This document shows, piece after piece, positions 1 through 15,000 of a stretch of DNA of 64,000 nt. The stretch is from positions 29,202,001-29,266,000 of the forward strand of contig NW_027266272.1 of NCBI RefSeq assembly GCF_022045235.1, written 5' to 3'. The position numbers and the translations under genes are program-made. The notes below the pieces were generated by a model. The model was not told where the DNA came from and ran no database searches. It was given only the letters and a program-made list of their open reading frames with translations. How positions within the stretch are numbered: position 1 is the first letter of the stretch; each line of letters begins with the position of its first letter. This stretch comes from Haliotis cracherodii (taxonomy: Eukaryota).

Positions 1-3000
1 ATCCTCCCTACTTTCCCTCCATCATCCCTACTTCCACTCCGTCATCCCTACTTCCCCTCCATAATCCCTACTTCCCTTCCATCCTAATAGCTTGAACTCC
101 ATTCTCCCATACATCCCTCCATCATCCCTACTTCCCCTCCATCCTCCAAACTTTCTCTATCCTTCCTACTTCCCCTCCATCCTCACTACTTCCCCTCCAT
201 CCTCCCTACTTCCACACCATCCTCCCCACTTCCCCTCCATCCTATTTACCTCTGTCTCCATCCTCCCCTGTTTCCCCCTCTATCCTCCCTACTTCCCCTC
301 CATCATCCCTACTTCCCTAGTTTGACTTCCATCCCCCTACTTCCCTACTTCTTCTCTATCATCCGTACTTCCCCTCCATCATCCCTACTTTCCCTCCATC
401 GTACCTGCTTCCCCCTCCACCCTGCCTACTTTCCCCTCCATCCTCCCTACCTAACCTCCTTCCTTCCTATTTTCCCTCCATCCTCCCTACTTTCCTTCAA
501 TCCTCCCTACTTCCCAGTTCACCCTCCCTACTTTAGCCTCCTTCCTTCCTTTTTCACCTCCATCCTCCCTACTTCCCCCTCCATCATCTTGCTTCACCTT
601 CCATGCCCCCTGCTTCCCCCTTCATCATAACTTCCTCTCCCATCCATCCTCCGTCCTTCACCTCCATCCTCCCCTACTTTCCCTTCCATGATCCCTACTT
701 CCCCTCCATCCTCCCTACTTCCACTCCATCATCCCTACTTCCCCTCCATTATCCCTACTTCCCTTCCAGCCTAATAGCTTGAACTCCATTCTCCCATACT
801 TCCCCTCCATCCTCCCTACTTCCACTCCTTCCTCCCTACTTCCACACAATCCTCCCTACTTCCCCTCCATCCTTATTACCTCAGCCTCCATACACCCCTA
901 TTTCCCCCTCAATCATCCCCACTTCTCCTCCATCCTCCCAACTTCCCCTCAATCATCCTTACTTCCCCCTCCATCCTCCCTACGTTCCCCTCCATCCTCC
1001 CTACTTCCCCTCCATCACCCCTACTTCCCTCCATCCTCACTACTTCCCTATTTCTCCCTACTTCCACACGATCCCCCCTTCTTCCCCTCCATCCTCCCCT
1101 GTTCCCCCTCCATCATCCCCACTTCTCCTCCATCCTCCCTACTTCCCCTCAATCATCCCTACTTCCCCCTCCATCATCAGACTTCACCTTCCATGCCCTC
1201 TGCTTCCCCCTTCATCATAACTTCCTCTCCCAACCATCCTTCGCACTTCCCCTCCATCCTCCCCTACTTTTCCTTCCATGATCCCTACTTCCCCTCCATC
1301 CTCTCTACTTCCCCTCCATCCTCCCCTACTTTTCTTTCCGTGATCCCTTCTTCCCCTCCATCCTCCCCTGTTTCCCCCTCCATCCTTCCGACATCCCCTC
1401 CATCCTCCCTACTTCCCCTCAATCAACCCTACTTCACCTATATCCTCCCTATTTTCTCCTCAATCCTCCACTACTTGACCTTCCATTTTCCCTACTTCCA
1501 TACCACCATCCTCCCCACTTCCCCTCCATCCTCCCTAACACTGCCTCTATCCTCCCCTGTTTCCCCCTCCATCCTCCCTACTTCCCCTCCATCATCCCTA
1601 CTTCCACTCCTTCATCCCTACTTCCCTTCAATCCTAAAAGCTTGAACTCCATTTTCCCATACTTCACCTCCATCCTCCCTACTTCCACTCCTTCCTCCAA
1701 ACTTCCCCCTTCTTCCTCCCTACTTTCCCCTCCATCATCACTACTTCCCCCTCCATCCCCACTATTTCCCCGTCCACCCTCCCCACTTCTCCTCCATCCT
1801 CCCTACTTCCCCTCAATCATCCCTACTCTCCCCTTCATCCTCCCTACTTTCTCCCCCAACTTACCCTTTTATGATCCCTACTTCCTCTCCATCCTCACTA
1901 CTTCCCTTCCATCTTCCCTACTTCCCCCTCCACCACCCCTGCTTAGCCTCACTCCTCCCTAATTCTCCTCCATCCTCCCTACTTCTCCCTCCATCGTCCT
2001 TCTTCACCTTCCATGACCCTTGCTTCCCCTTCATCATAATATCCTCTCCCTTCCATCATCCCTACTTCCCCTCCATCCTCCCTACTTCCCCTCCATCCTC
2101 CCAACTTTCCCCTCCATCCTCCCTACTTCCACTCCATCCTCACTACTTGCCCTCCATCCTCCCTATTTCCACACCATCCTCCCCATTTCCCCTCCATCGT
2201 CTTTACCTCTGCCTCCATCCTCATCTGTTTCCCCTCTATCCTCCCTACTTGCCCTCCATCCTCCCTACTTCCCCTCCATCCTCCCTACTTCCCCTCCATC
2301 CTTCCAACTTCCTCCTCCATCATCCCTACTTCCCCTCCATCCTCCCTAATTTCCACTCCGTCATCCCTACTTCCCCTCCAGCATCCTTCCTTCCCGTCCA
2401 TCCTCCCTACTTCCACTCCATCCTCCCAACTTCCTCCTCCATCCTCCCTACTTCCCATCCATCCTCACTACTTCCCCTCCATCCTCCCTACTTCCACATC
2501 ATCCTCCCACTTCCCCTCCATCCTCTTTACCTCTGCCTCCATCCTCCCCTGTTTCCCCCTCCATCCTCCCTACTTCCCCTCCATCATCCCTACGTCCACT
2601 CCATCATCCCTACTTCTCCTCCATAATCCCTACTTCCCTTCCATCCTAATAGCTTGAACTCCATTCTCCCATACTTCCCCTCCATCCTCCCTAGTTCCCC
2701 TCCATCCTCCAAACTTCCCCCTTCTTCCTCCCTACTTCCCCTCCATCATCACTACATCCCCTCCGTCCTCACTACTTCCCCGTCCACCGTCCCCACTTAT
2801 CCTCCTTCCTCCCTACTTCCCCTCAATCATCTCTACTCCCCCCTTCATCCTCCCTACTTTCTCCTTCATACTCCCCAACTTACCATTCAATGATTCCTAA
2901 TTCCTCTCCATCCTCACTACTTCACCTCCATCCTCCCTACTTCCCCCTCCATCATCCCTACTTCCACTCCATCCTCCCTACTTCCCCTCCATCCTCCCAA

Positions 3001-6000
3001 CTTCCTCCTCCATCGTCCCTACTTCCCCTCCAACCTCACTACTTCCTCTTCCATCCTCCCTACTTTCCCCTCCATCATTCCTACTTCCCCTCCAACATCC
3101 CTACTTCCCCTCCATCCTACCTACTTCCCCTCCATCCTCCATACGTCCCCTCCATCCTCACTACTTCCCCTCAATCCTCCCTACTTCCACACAATCCTCC
3201 CTACTTCCCCTCCATCCTCACTACCTCAGCCTCCATCCTCCCCTGTTTCCCCCTCAATCATCCCTACTTCTCCTCCATCCTCCCTACTTCCCCTCAATCA
3301 TCCTTACTTACCCCTCTATCCTCCCTACTTTCCCCTCCATCCTCCCTACTTCCCCTCAATCATCCTTACTTCCCCCTCAATCCTCCCTACTTTCCTTCCA
3401 TCCTCCCTACTTCCACACCACCATCCTCCCCACTTCCCCTCCATCCTCCCTAACTCTGCCTCTATCCTCCCCTGTTTCCCCCTCCATCCTCCCTACTTCC
3501 CCTCCATCATCCCTACTTCCACTCCATCATCCCTACTTCCCCTCCATAATCCCTACTTACCTTCCATCCTAATAGCTTGAACTCCATTCTCCCATACTTC
3601 CCCTTCTTCCTCCCTACTTCCCCTCCATCATCACTACTTCCCCTCCATCCTCACTATTTCCCCGTCCACCCTCCCGACTTCCCCTCAATCATCCCTACTC
3701 CCCCCTTCATCCTCCCTACTTTGTCCTCCATACTCCCCAACTTACCCTTCTATGATCCCTACTTCCTCTCCATCCCCAAAACTTCCCCTCCATCCTCCCT
3801 ACTTCCCATCCATCCTCACTACTTCACCTCTATCCTCCCTACTTCCACATCATGCTCCCCACTTCCCCTCCATCCTCTTCACCTCTGCCTCTATCCTCCC
3901 CTACTTTCCCCCTCCATCATCCCTAATTTCCCTCCATCATCCCTACTTCCACTCCGTCATCCCTACTTCCCCTCCATAATCCCTACTTCCCTTCCATCCT
4001 AATAGCTTGAACTCCATTCTCCCATACTTCCCTCCATCATCCCTACTTCCCCTCCATCCTCCAAACTTTCTCTATCCTTCCTACTTCCCCTCCATCCTCA
4101 CTACTTCCCCTTCATCCTCCCTACTTCCACACCATCCTCCCCACTTCCCCTCCATCCTCTTTACCTCTGCCTCCATCCTCCCCTGTTTCCCCCTCTATCC
4201 TCCCTACTTCCCCTCCATCATCCCTACTTCCCCTAAATCATCCCTACTTCCCCTCCATCCTAATAGTTTGACTTCCATCCCCCTACTTCCCTACTTCTTC
4301 TCTATCATCCGTACTTCCCCTCCATCATCCCTACTTTCCCTCCATCGTACCTGCTTCCCCCTCCACCCTGCCTACTTTCCCCTCCATCCTCCCTACCTAA
4401 CCTCCTTCCTTCCTATTTTCCCTCCATCCTCCTTACTTTCCTTCAATCCTCCCTACTTCCCCTCCATCCTCCCTACTTCCCAGTTCACCCTCCCTACTTT
4501 AGCCTCCTTCCTTCCTTTTTCACCTCCATCCTCCCTACTTCCCCCTCCATCATATTGCTTCACCTTCCATGCCCCCTGCTTCCCCCTTCATCATAACTTC
4601 CTCTCCCATCCATCCTCCGTCCTTCACCTCCATCCTCCCCTACTTTCTCTTCCATGACCCCTACTTCCCCTCCATCCTCCCTACTTCCACTCCATCATCC
4701 CTACTTCCCCTCCATTATCCCTACTTCCCTTCCATCCTAATAGCTTGAACTCCATTCTCCCATACTTCCCCTCCATCCTCCCTACTTCCACTCCTTCCTC
4801 CCTACTTCCACACAATCCTCCCTACTTCCCCTCCATCCTCATTACCTCAGCCTCCATACACCCCTGTTTCCCCCTCAATCATCCCCACTTCTCCTCCATC
4901 CTCCCTACTTCCCCTCAATATTGCTTACTTCCCCCTCCATCCTCCCTACGTTCCCCTCCATCCTCCCTACTTTCCCTCCATCACCCCTACTTCCCTCCAT
5001 CCTCACTACTTCCCTATTTCTCCCTACTTCCACACGATCCTCCCTTCTTCCCCTCCATCCTCCCCTGTTCCCCCTCCATCATCCCCACTTCTCCTCCATC
5101 CTCCCTACTTCCCCCTTCATCCTCCCTACTTCCCCTCCATCATCCCTACTTCCCCCTCCATCATCCCTACTTCCCCCTCCATCATCCTACTTCACCTTCG
5201 ATGCCCCCTGCTTCCCCCTACATCATAACTTCCTCTCCCAACCATCCTCCGCAGTTCCCTTCCATCCTCCCCTACTTTTCCTTCATGATCCCTACTTCCC
5301 CTCCAACCTCCCCTGTTTCCCCCTCCATCCTCCCAACATCCCCTCCATCTTCCCTACTTCCCCTCAATCAACCCTACTTCCCCCTATATCCTCCCTATTT
5401 TCTCCTCCATCCTCCTCTACTTACCCTTCCATCCTCCCTACTTCCACACAACCATCCTCACCACTTCCCCTCCATCCTCCCTAACTCTGCCTCAATCCTC
5501 CCCTGTTTCCCCCTCCATCCTCCCTACTTCCGCTCCATCATCCCTACTTCCCCTCCATAATCCCTACTTCCCTTCCATCCTAATAGCTTGAACTCCATTC
5601 TCCCATACTTCCCCTTCTTCCTCCCTACTTCCCCTCCATCATCACTACTTCCCCTCCATCCTCACTATTTCCCCGTCCACCCTCCCGACTTCCCCACAAT
5701 CATCCCTACTCCCCCCTTCATCCTCCCTACTTTGTCCTCCATACTCCCCAACTTACCCTTCTATGATCCCTACTTCCTCTCCATCCTCACTACTTCCCCT
5801 CCATCCTCCCTACTTCACCCTCCATTCTCCCTGCTTAGCCTCACTCCTCCCTATTTCTCCTCCATCCTCCCTACTTTCCCCTCCATCGCCCTACTTCACC
5901 TTCCATGACCCCTGCTTCCCCCTTCATCATAACTTCCTCTCCCATCCATCCTCCGTACTTCCCCTCCATCCTCCCCTACTTTCCCTTCCATGATCCCTAC

Positions 6001-9000
6001 TTCCGCTCCATCCTCCCTACTTCCCCTCCATCCTCCCAACTCTCCCCTCCATCCTCACTACTTCCCCTTCATCCTCACTACTTCCCCTGCATCCTCCCTA
6101 CTTCCACACCATCCTCCCCACTTCCCCTCCATCGTCTTTACCTCTGCCTCCATCCTCCCCTGTTTCCTTCTCTATCGTCCCTACTTCCCCTCCATCCTCC
6201 CTACTTCCCCTCCATCCTCCCAACTACCTCCTCCATCCTCCCTACTTCCCCTATATCCTCCCTATTTTCTCCTCCATCCTCCACTACTTACCCTTCCATC
6301 CTCCTTTCTTCCACACAACCATCCTCCCCAATTCCCCTCCATCCTCACTACATCATCCCTACTTCCACTCCATCATCCCTACTTCCCCTCCATAATCCCT
6401 ACTTCCCTTCCATCCTAATAGCTTGAACTCCATTCTCCCATACTTCCCCTCCATCCTCCCTACTTCCCCTCCATCCTCCCTACTTTCCCCTCCATCCTCC
6501 CTACTTCCCCTCCATCACCCCTACTTCCCCTCCATCCTCACTACTTCCCTATTTCTCCCTACTTCCACACGATCCTCCCTTCTTCCCCTCCATCCTCCCC
6601 TGTTCCCCTTCGATCACCCCTCTTCTCCATCCTCCCTACTTCCCCTCAATCATCCGTACTTCCTCCTTCATCATCCCTACTTCCCCTCCATCCCTACTTC
6701 CCCTCCATCATCCCTACTTCCCCCTCCATTATCCTACTTCACCTTTGATGCCCCCTGCTTCCCCCTTCATCATAACTTCCTCTCCCAACCATCCTTCGAA
6801 CTTCCCCTCCATCCTCGCCTACTTTTCCTTCCATGATCCCTACTTCCCCTCCATCCTCCCTACTTCCCCTCCATCCTCCCCTACTTTTCCTTCCATGATC
6901 CCTTCTTCCCCTCCATCCTCCCCTGTTTCCCCCTCCATCCTCCCAACATCCCCTCCATCCTCCCTACTTCCCCTCAGTAAACCCTACTTCCCCTTATATC
7001 CTCCCTATTTTCTCCTCCATCCTCCACAACTTACCCTTCCATCCTCCCTACTTCCACACCACCATCCTCCCCACTTCCCCTCCATCCTCCCTAACTCTGC
7101 CTCCATCCTCCCCTGTTTCCCCCTCCATCCTCCCTTCTTCCCCTCCATCATCCCTGCTTCCACTCCATCATCCCTACTTCCCCTCCATAATCTCTACTTC
7201 CCTTCAATCCTAAAAGCTTGAAGTCCATTCTCCCATACTTCCCCTTCTTCCTCCCTACTTCCCCTCCATCATCACTACTTCCCCTCCATCCTCACTATTT
7301 CCCCGTCCACCCTCCCGACTTCCCCTCCATCGTCCCTACTTCCCCTCAATCATCCCTACTCCCCCCTTCATCCTCCCTACTTTCTCCTCCATACTCCCCA
7401 ACTTACCCTTCTATGATCCCTACTTCCTCTCCATCCTCACTACTTCCCCTCCATCCTCCCTACTTCCCCTCCATCCTCCCCTACTTCCCCTTCCATGATC
7501 CCTACTTACCCTGCATCCTGCCTACTTCCCCTCCATCCTCCCAACTTCCCCCTGCATCCTCCCTACTTTCCCTGCATCCTCACTACTTAACCTCCATCCT
7601 CCCTACTTCCACACCATCCTTCCCACTTTCCCTCCATCCTCTTTACGTCTGCCTCCATCCTCCCCTGTTTCCCCCTCTATCCTCCCTACTTCCCCTCCAT
7701 CATCCCTACTTCCCCTAAATCATCCCTACTTCCCCTCCATCCTAATAGTTTGACTTCCATCCCCCTACTTCCCTACTTCTTCTCTATCATCCGTACTTCC
7801 CCTCCATCATCCCTACTTTCCCTCCATCGTACCTGCTTCCCCCTCCACCCTGCCTACTTTCCCCTCCATCCTCCCTACCTAACCTCCTTCCTTCCTATTT
7901 TCCCTCCATCCTCCTTACTTTCCTTCAATCCTCCCTACTTCCCCTCCATCCTCCCTACTTCCCCCTTCACCCTCCCTACTTTAGCCTCCTTCCTTCCTTT
8001 TTCACCTCCATCCTACCTACTTCCCCCACCATCATCTTGCTTCACCTTCCATGCCCCCTGCTTCCCCCTTCATCATAACTTCCTCTCCCATCCATCCTCC
8101 GTCCTTCACCTCCATCCTCCCCTACTTCCCCTTCCATGATCCCTACTTACCCTGCATCCTGCCTACTTCCCCTCCATCCTCCCAACTTCCCCCTGCATCC
8201 TCCCTACTTTCCCTGCATCCTCACTACTTAACCTCCATCCTCCCTACTTCCACACCATCCTTCCCACTTTCCCTCCATCCTCTTTACGTCTGCCTCCATC
8301 CTCCCCTGTTTCCCCCTCTATCCTCCCTACTTCCCCTCCATCATCCCTACTTCCCCTAAATCATCCCTACTTCCCCTCCATCCTAATAGTTTGACTTCCA
8401 TCCCCCTACTTCCCTACTTCTTCTCTATCATCCGTACTTCCCCTCCATCATCCCTACTTTCCCTCCATCGTACCTGCTTCCCCCTCCACCCTGCCTACTT
8501 TCCCCTCCATCCTCCCTACCTAACCTCCTTCCTTCCTATTTTCCCTCCATCCTCCTTACTTTCCTTCAATCCTCCCTACTTCCCCTCCATCCTCCCTACT
8601 TCCCCCTTCACCCTCCCTACTTTAGCCTCCTTCCTTCCTTTTTCACCTCCATCCTACCTACTTCCCCCACCATCATCTTGCTTCACCTTCCATGCCCCCT
8701 GCTTCCCCCTTCATCATAACTTCCTCTCCCATCCATCCTCCGTCCTTCACCTCCATCCTCCCCTACTTTCCCTTCCATGATCCCTTCTTCCCCTCCATCC
8801 TCCCTACTTCCCCTCCATCCTCCCAACTTCTCCCTCCATCCTCCCTACTTCCCTCTCCACCATCCCTTCTTCCACACCATCCCCCCCTACTTTCCCTCCA
8901 TCCTCCCTACCTCTGCCACAATCCTACCCTGTGTCCCTCTCCATTCTCCCTACTTCCCCTCAATCATCACTACTTCCCCCTCCATCGTCCCTACTTTTTT

Positions 9001-12000
9001 CTCCATCCTCCACTATTTAACCCTCTATCCTCACTACTTCCCCTCCATCCTCCCAACTTACCCCTCCATCACTCCTACTTCACCTCCATCCTCCCTACTT
9101 CCCCCTCCAGCCTCCCTACTTCCCCCTCCACCATCCCTTGTTCCCCTCAATCCTCCCTACCTCTGCCTCCATACTCCCTACTTCCCTACTTCTTCTCTAT
9201 CATCCCTACTTCCCCTCCATCACAACTGCATCCAGTTCCATGTACACTACTTTCCCCTCCATCCTCCACTACTTACCCTTCCATCCTCCCTACTTCCCTC
9301 TCCACCATCCATTGTTCCCCTCAATCCTCCCTACCTCTGCCTCCATACTCCCTACTTCCCTACTTCTTCTCTATCATCCCTACTTCCCCTCCATTATAAC
9401 TGCTTCCAGTTCCATGTACACTACTTTCCCCTCCATCCTCCACTACTTACCCTTCCATCCTCCCTACTTCCCCTCCATTCCCCCTACTTCCCCTCCATCA
9501 TCCCCACTTCCCCTCCATCATCCGACTTCCACTCCATCCTCCCAACTTCCCCTCCATCTTCCCTACTTCCCCTCCATCCTCCCCTACTTTTCCTTCCATG
9601 ATTCCTTCTTCCCCTCCATGCTACCCTGTTTCCCCCTCCATCCTCCCAACATCCCCTCCATCCTCCCTACTTCCCCTCAATAAATCCTACTTCCCCTTAT
9701 ATCCTCCCTGTTTTCTCCTCCATCCTCCACAACTTACCCTTCCATCCTTCCTACTTCCACACCACCATCCTCCCCACTTCCCCTCCATCCTCCCTACCTC
9801 TGCCTCCATCCTCCCCTGTTTCCCCCTCCATCCTCCCTTCTTCCCCTCCATCATCCCTACTTCCACTCCATCATCCCTACTTCACCTCCATAATCCCTAC
9901 TTCCCTTCCATCATAATGGCTTGAACTCCATTCTCCCATACTTCCCCTTCTTCCTCCCTACTTCCCCTCCATCATCACTACTTCCCCTCCATCCTCACTA
10001 TTTCCCCGTCCACCCTCCTGACTTCTCCTCCATCGTCCCTACTTCCCCTCAATCATCCCTACTCCCCCCTTCATCCTCCCTACTTTCTCCTCCATACTCC
10101 CCAACTTACCCTTCTATGATCCCTACTTCCTCTCCATCCTCACTACTTCCCCTCCATCCTCCCTACTTCCCGCTCCATCCTCCCTGCTTAGCCTCACTCC
10201 TCCTTATTTCTCCTCCATCCTCCCTACTTTCCCCTCCATCGTCCTACTTCACCTTCCATGACCCCTGCTTCCCCCTTCATCATAACTTCCTCTCCCATCC
10301 ATCCTCCGTACTTCCCCTCCATCCTCCCCTACTTTGCCTTCCATGATCCCTACTTCCCCTCCATCCTGCCTACTTCCCCTCCATCCTCCCAACTTTCCCC
10401 TCCATCCTCCCTACTTTCCCTCCATCCTCACTACTTCACCTCCATCCTCCCTACTTGCACACCATCCTTCCCACTTCCCCTCCATCATCTTTACCTCTGC
10501 CTCCATCCTCCCCTGTTTCCCCCTCTATCGTCCCTACGTCCCCTCCATCCTCCCTACTTCCACTCCATCCTCCCTACTTGCCATCCATCCTCCCAACCTC
10601 CTCCTCCATCCTCCCTACTTCCCCTCTATCCTCACTACTTCCTCTTCCATCCTCCCTACTTTCCCCTCCATCATCCCTACTTCCCCTCCAACATCCTTAC
10701 TTCCCGTCCATCCTCCCTACTTCCCCTCCATCCTCACAACTTCCTCCTCCATCCTCCCTACTTCCCATCCATCCTCACTACTTCCCCTCTATCCTACATA
10801 CTTCCACATCATCCTCCCCACTTCCCCTCCATCCTCTTCACCTCTCCCTCCATCCTCCCCTGTTTCCCCCTCCATCCTCCCTACTTTCCCTCCATCATCC
10901 CTACTTCCACTCCATCATCCCTACTTCCCCTCCATAATCCCTACTTCCCTCACATCCTAATGGCTTGAACTCCATTCTCCCATACTTCCCTCCATCATCC
11001 CTACTTCCCCTCCATCCTCCAAACTTTCTCTATCCTTCCTACTTCCCCTCCATCCTCACTACTTCCCCTCCATCCTCCCTACTTCCACACCATCCTCCCC
11101 ACTTCCCCTCCATCCTCTTTACCTCTGCCTCCATCATCCCCTGTTTCCCCCTCTATCCTCCCTACTTCCCCTCCATCATCCCTACTTCCCCTAAATCATC
11201 ACTACTTCCCCTCCATCCTAATAGTTTGACCTCCATCCCCCTACTTCCCTACTTCTTCTCTATCATCCGTACTTCCCCTCCATCATCCCTACTTTCCCTC
11301 CATCGTACCTGCTTCCCCCTCCACCCTGCCTACTTTCCCCTCCATCCTCCCTACCTAACCTCCTTCCTTCCTATTTTCCCTCCATCCTCCCTACTTTCCT
11401 TCAATCCTCCCTACTTCCCCTCCATCCTCCCTACTTCCCTACTTTAGCCTCCTTCCTTCCTATTTCACCTCCATCCTCCATACTTCCCCCACCATCATCT
11501 TGCTTCACCTTCCATGCCCCCTACTTCCCGCTTCATCATAACTTCCTCTCCCATCCATCCTCCGTCCTTCACCTCCATCCTCCCCTACTTTCCCTTCCAT
11601 GATCCCTACTTCCCCTCCATCCTCCCTACTTCCCCTACATCCTCCCAACTTCTCCCTCCATCTTCCCTACTTCCCTCTCCACCATCCCATCTTCCACACC
11701 ATCCTCCCTACTTTCCCTCCATCCTCCCTACCTCTGCCACAATCCTTCCTTGTTTCCCCCTCCATTCTCCCTACTTCCCCTCAATCATCACTACTTCCCC
11801 CTCCATCCTCCCTACTTTTTTCTCCATCCTCCACTATTTAACCCTCTATCCTCACTACTTCCCCTCCATCCTCCCAACTTACCCCTCCATCAGTCCTACT
11901 TCACCTCCATCCTCCCTACTTCCCCCTCCATCCTCCCTACTTCCCTCTCCACCATCCCTTGTTCCCCTCAATCCTTCCTACCTCTGCCTCCATACTCCCT

Positions 12001-15000
12001 ACTTCCCTACTTCTTCTCTATCATCCCTACTTCCCCTCCTTCATAACTTCTTCCAGTTCCATGTAAGCTACTTTCCCCTCCATCCTCCACTACTTACCCT
12101 TCCATCCTCCACTACTTCCCCTCCATCCTCCCTACTTCCACATCATCCTCCCCACTTCCCCTCCATCCTCTTCACCTCTCCCTCCATCCTCCCCTGTTTC
12201 CCCCTCAATCCTCCCTACTTTCCCTCCATCATCCCTACTTCCACTCCATCCTCCCTACTTCCCCTCCATAATCCCTACTTCCCTCACATCCTAATGGCTT
12301 GAACTCCATTATCCCATACTTCCCTCCATCATCCCTACTTCCCCTCCATCCTCCAAACTTTCTCTATCCTTCCTACTTCCCCTCCATCCTCACTACTTCC
12401 CCTCCATCCTCCCTACTTCCTCACCATCCACCCCACTTCCCCTCCATCCTATTTACCTCTGCCTCCATCATCCCCTGTTTCCCCCTCTATCTTCCCTACT
12501 TCCCCTCCATCATCCCTACTTCCCCTCCATCATCACTACTTCCCCTCCATCCTAATAGTTTGACCTCCATCCCCCTACTTCCCTACTTCTTCTCTATCAT
12601 CCGTACTTCCCCTCCATCATCCCTACTTTCCCTCCATCGTACCTGCTTCCACCTCCACCCTGCCTACTTTCCCCTCCATCCTCCCTACCTAACCTCCTTC
12701 CTTCCTATTTTCCCTCCATCCTCCCTACTTTCCTTCAATCCTCCCTACTTCCCCTCCATCCTCCCTACTTCCCCCTTCACCCTCCCTACTTTAGCCTCCT
12801 TCCTTCCTATTTCCCCCTCCATCCTCCCTACTTCCCCCTCCATCATCTTACTTCACCTTCCATGCCCCCTGCTTCCCCCTTCATCATAACTTCCTCTCCC
12901 ATCCATGATCCCTTCTTCCCCTCCATCCTCCCCTACTTTCCCTTCCATGATCCCTACTTCCCCTCCATGCTCCCTACTTCCCCTCCATCCTCCCAACTTC
13001 TCCCTCCTTCCTCCCTACTTCCCTCTCCACCATCCCTTCTTCCACACCATCCTCCCTACTTTCCCTCCATCCTCCCTACCTCTGCCACAATCCTACCCTG
13101 TTTCCCCCTCCATTCTCCCAACTTCTCCCTCCATCCTCCCTACTTCCCTCTCCACCATCCCTTCTTCCACACCATCCTCCCTACTTTCCCTTCATCCTCC
13201 CTACCTCTGCCTGTTTCCCCCTCCATCCTCCCAACTTCTCCCTCCATCCTCCCTACTTCCCTCTCCACCATCCCTTCTTCCACACCATCCTCCCTACTTT
13301 TCCTCCATCCTCCCTACCTCTGCCACAAGCCTACCCTGTTTCCACCTCCATCCTCCCTACTTCCCCTCAATCATCACTACTTCCCCCTCCATCCTCCCTA
13401 CTTTTTTCTCCATCCTCCCTACTTTCCTCTCCACCATCCCTTGTTCCCCTCAATCTTCCCTACCTCTGCCCCCATACTCCCTACTTCCCTACTCCTTCTC
13501 TATCATCCCTACTTCCCCTCCATCGTACCTGCTTCCAGCTCCATCCTCCATACTTTCCCCTCCATCCTCCACTACTTACCCTTCCATCCTCACTACTTCC
13601 CCTCCTTTTCCCCTACTTCCCCTCCATCATCCCTACTTCCCCTCCATCCTAATAGCTTGACCTCCATTCTCCCATACTTCCCCTCCAACCTCCCTACTTC
13701 CCCTCCATCTTCCCTACTTCTCCTCCATCATCCCTACTTCCCCTCAATCATCCCCACTTCCCCTTCATCCTCCCTACTTCCCCTCCATCATCCCTACTTC
13801 CCCTCCATCCTAATAGCTTGACCTCCATTCTCCCATACTTCCACTCCAACCTCCCTACTTCCCCTCCATCCTCCCTACATCCCTACTTCCCCTCCATCGT
13901 ACCTGCTTCCCATCCATCCTCCCTACTTCCCCCTCAATCATCCCTACTTCCCTTCAATCATCCCTTCTTTCCCTGAATCCTCCCTACCCCTGCCACCATC
14001 CTCCCGTTTCCTCCTCCATCATCCCTACTTCCCCTACATCCTCCCTACCTTCCCTCAATCATCACTAATTCCCCCTCCATCCTCCCTACTTTCTCCACCA
14101 TCCTCCACTATCTAACCCTCCATCCTCACTACTTCCCCTCCATCCTTCCCTAATTTCCCTTCCATGATCCCTACTTCTCCTCCATCTTCCCTAATTCCCC
14201 TCTATCCTCCTTACTTCCACACCATCCTCTTTACTTCCACTCCACCCTTCCTACTTCTACCTCCATCCTCCCCTGTTTCCCCCTGCATCATCCCCACTTC
14301 TCCTCCATCATCCCTACTTCCCCTCAATCCTCCCTACTTCCCCTTTCATCCTCCCTACTTGCCCTCCATCATCCCTACTTCCCCTCCATCCTAATAGCTT
14401 GACCTCCATTCTCCCATACTTCCCTTCCAACGTCCCTACTTCCCCTCCATCCTCCCTACTTCCCTACTTCTTCTCTATCATCCCTACCTCCCCTCCATCG
14501 TACCTGCTTCCCCCTCCATCCTCCCTACTTCCCCCTCCATCCTCCCTACTTAACCTCCTTCCTTCCTATTTTCCCTCCATCCTCCCCTACTTCCCTTCAA
14601 TCCTCCCTACTTCCCCTCCAATCCTCCCTACTTCCCCTCCATCCTCCAAACTTCCTCCTCCATCCTCCCTACTTCCCCTCCATCCTCACTACTTCCCCTC
14701 CATCCTCCCTACTTCCACAACATCCTCACCACTTCCCCTCCATCATCTTTACCTCTGCCTCCATCCTCCCCTGTTTCCCCCTCTATACTCCTTACTTCCC
14801 CTCCATCATCCTACTTCCACTCCATCCTCCCTACTTCCCCTCCATCCTAATAGCTTGACCTCCATCCTCCCCTACTTCCCTACTTCTTCTCTATCATCCG
14901 TACTTCCCCTCCATCATCCCTACTTCCCCTCCATCCCCTCCTGCTTTCCCTTCCATGATCCCTACTTCCCCTCCATCCTCCCTAATTCCCCTCCATCCTC

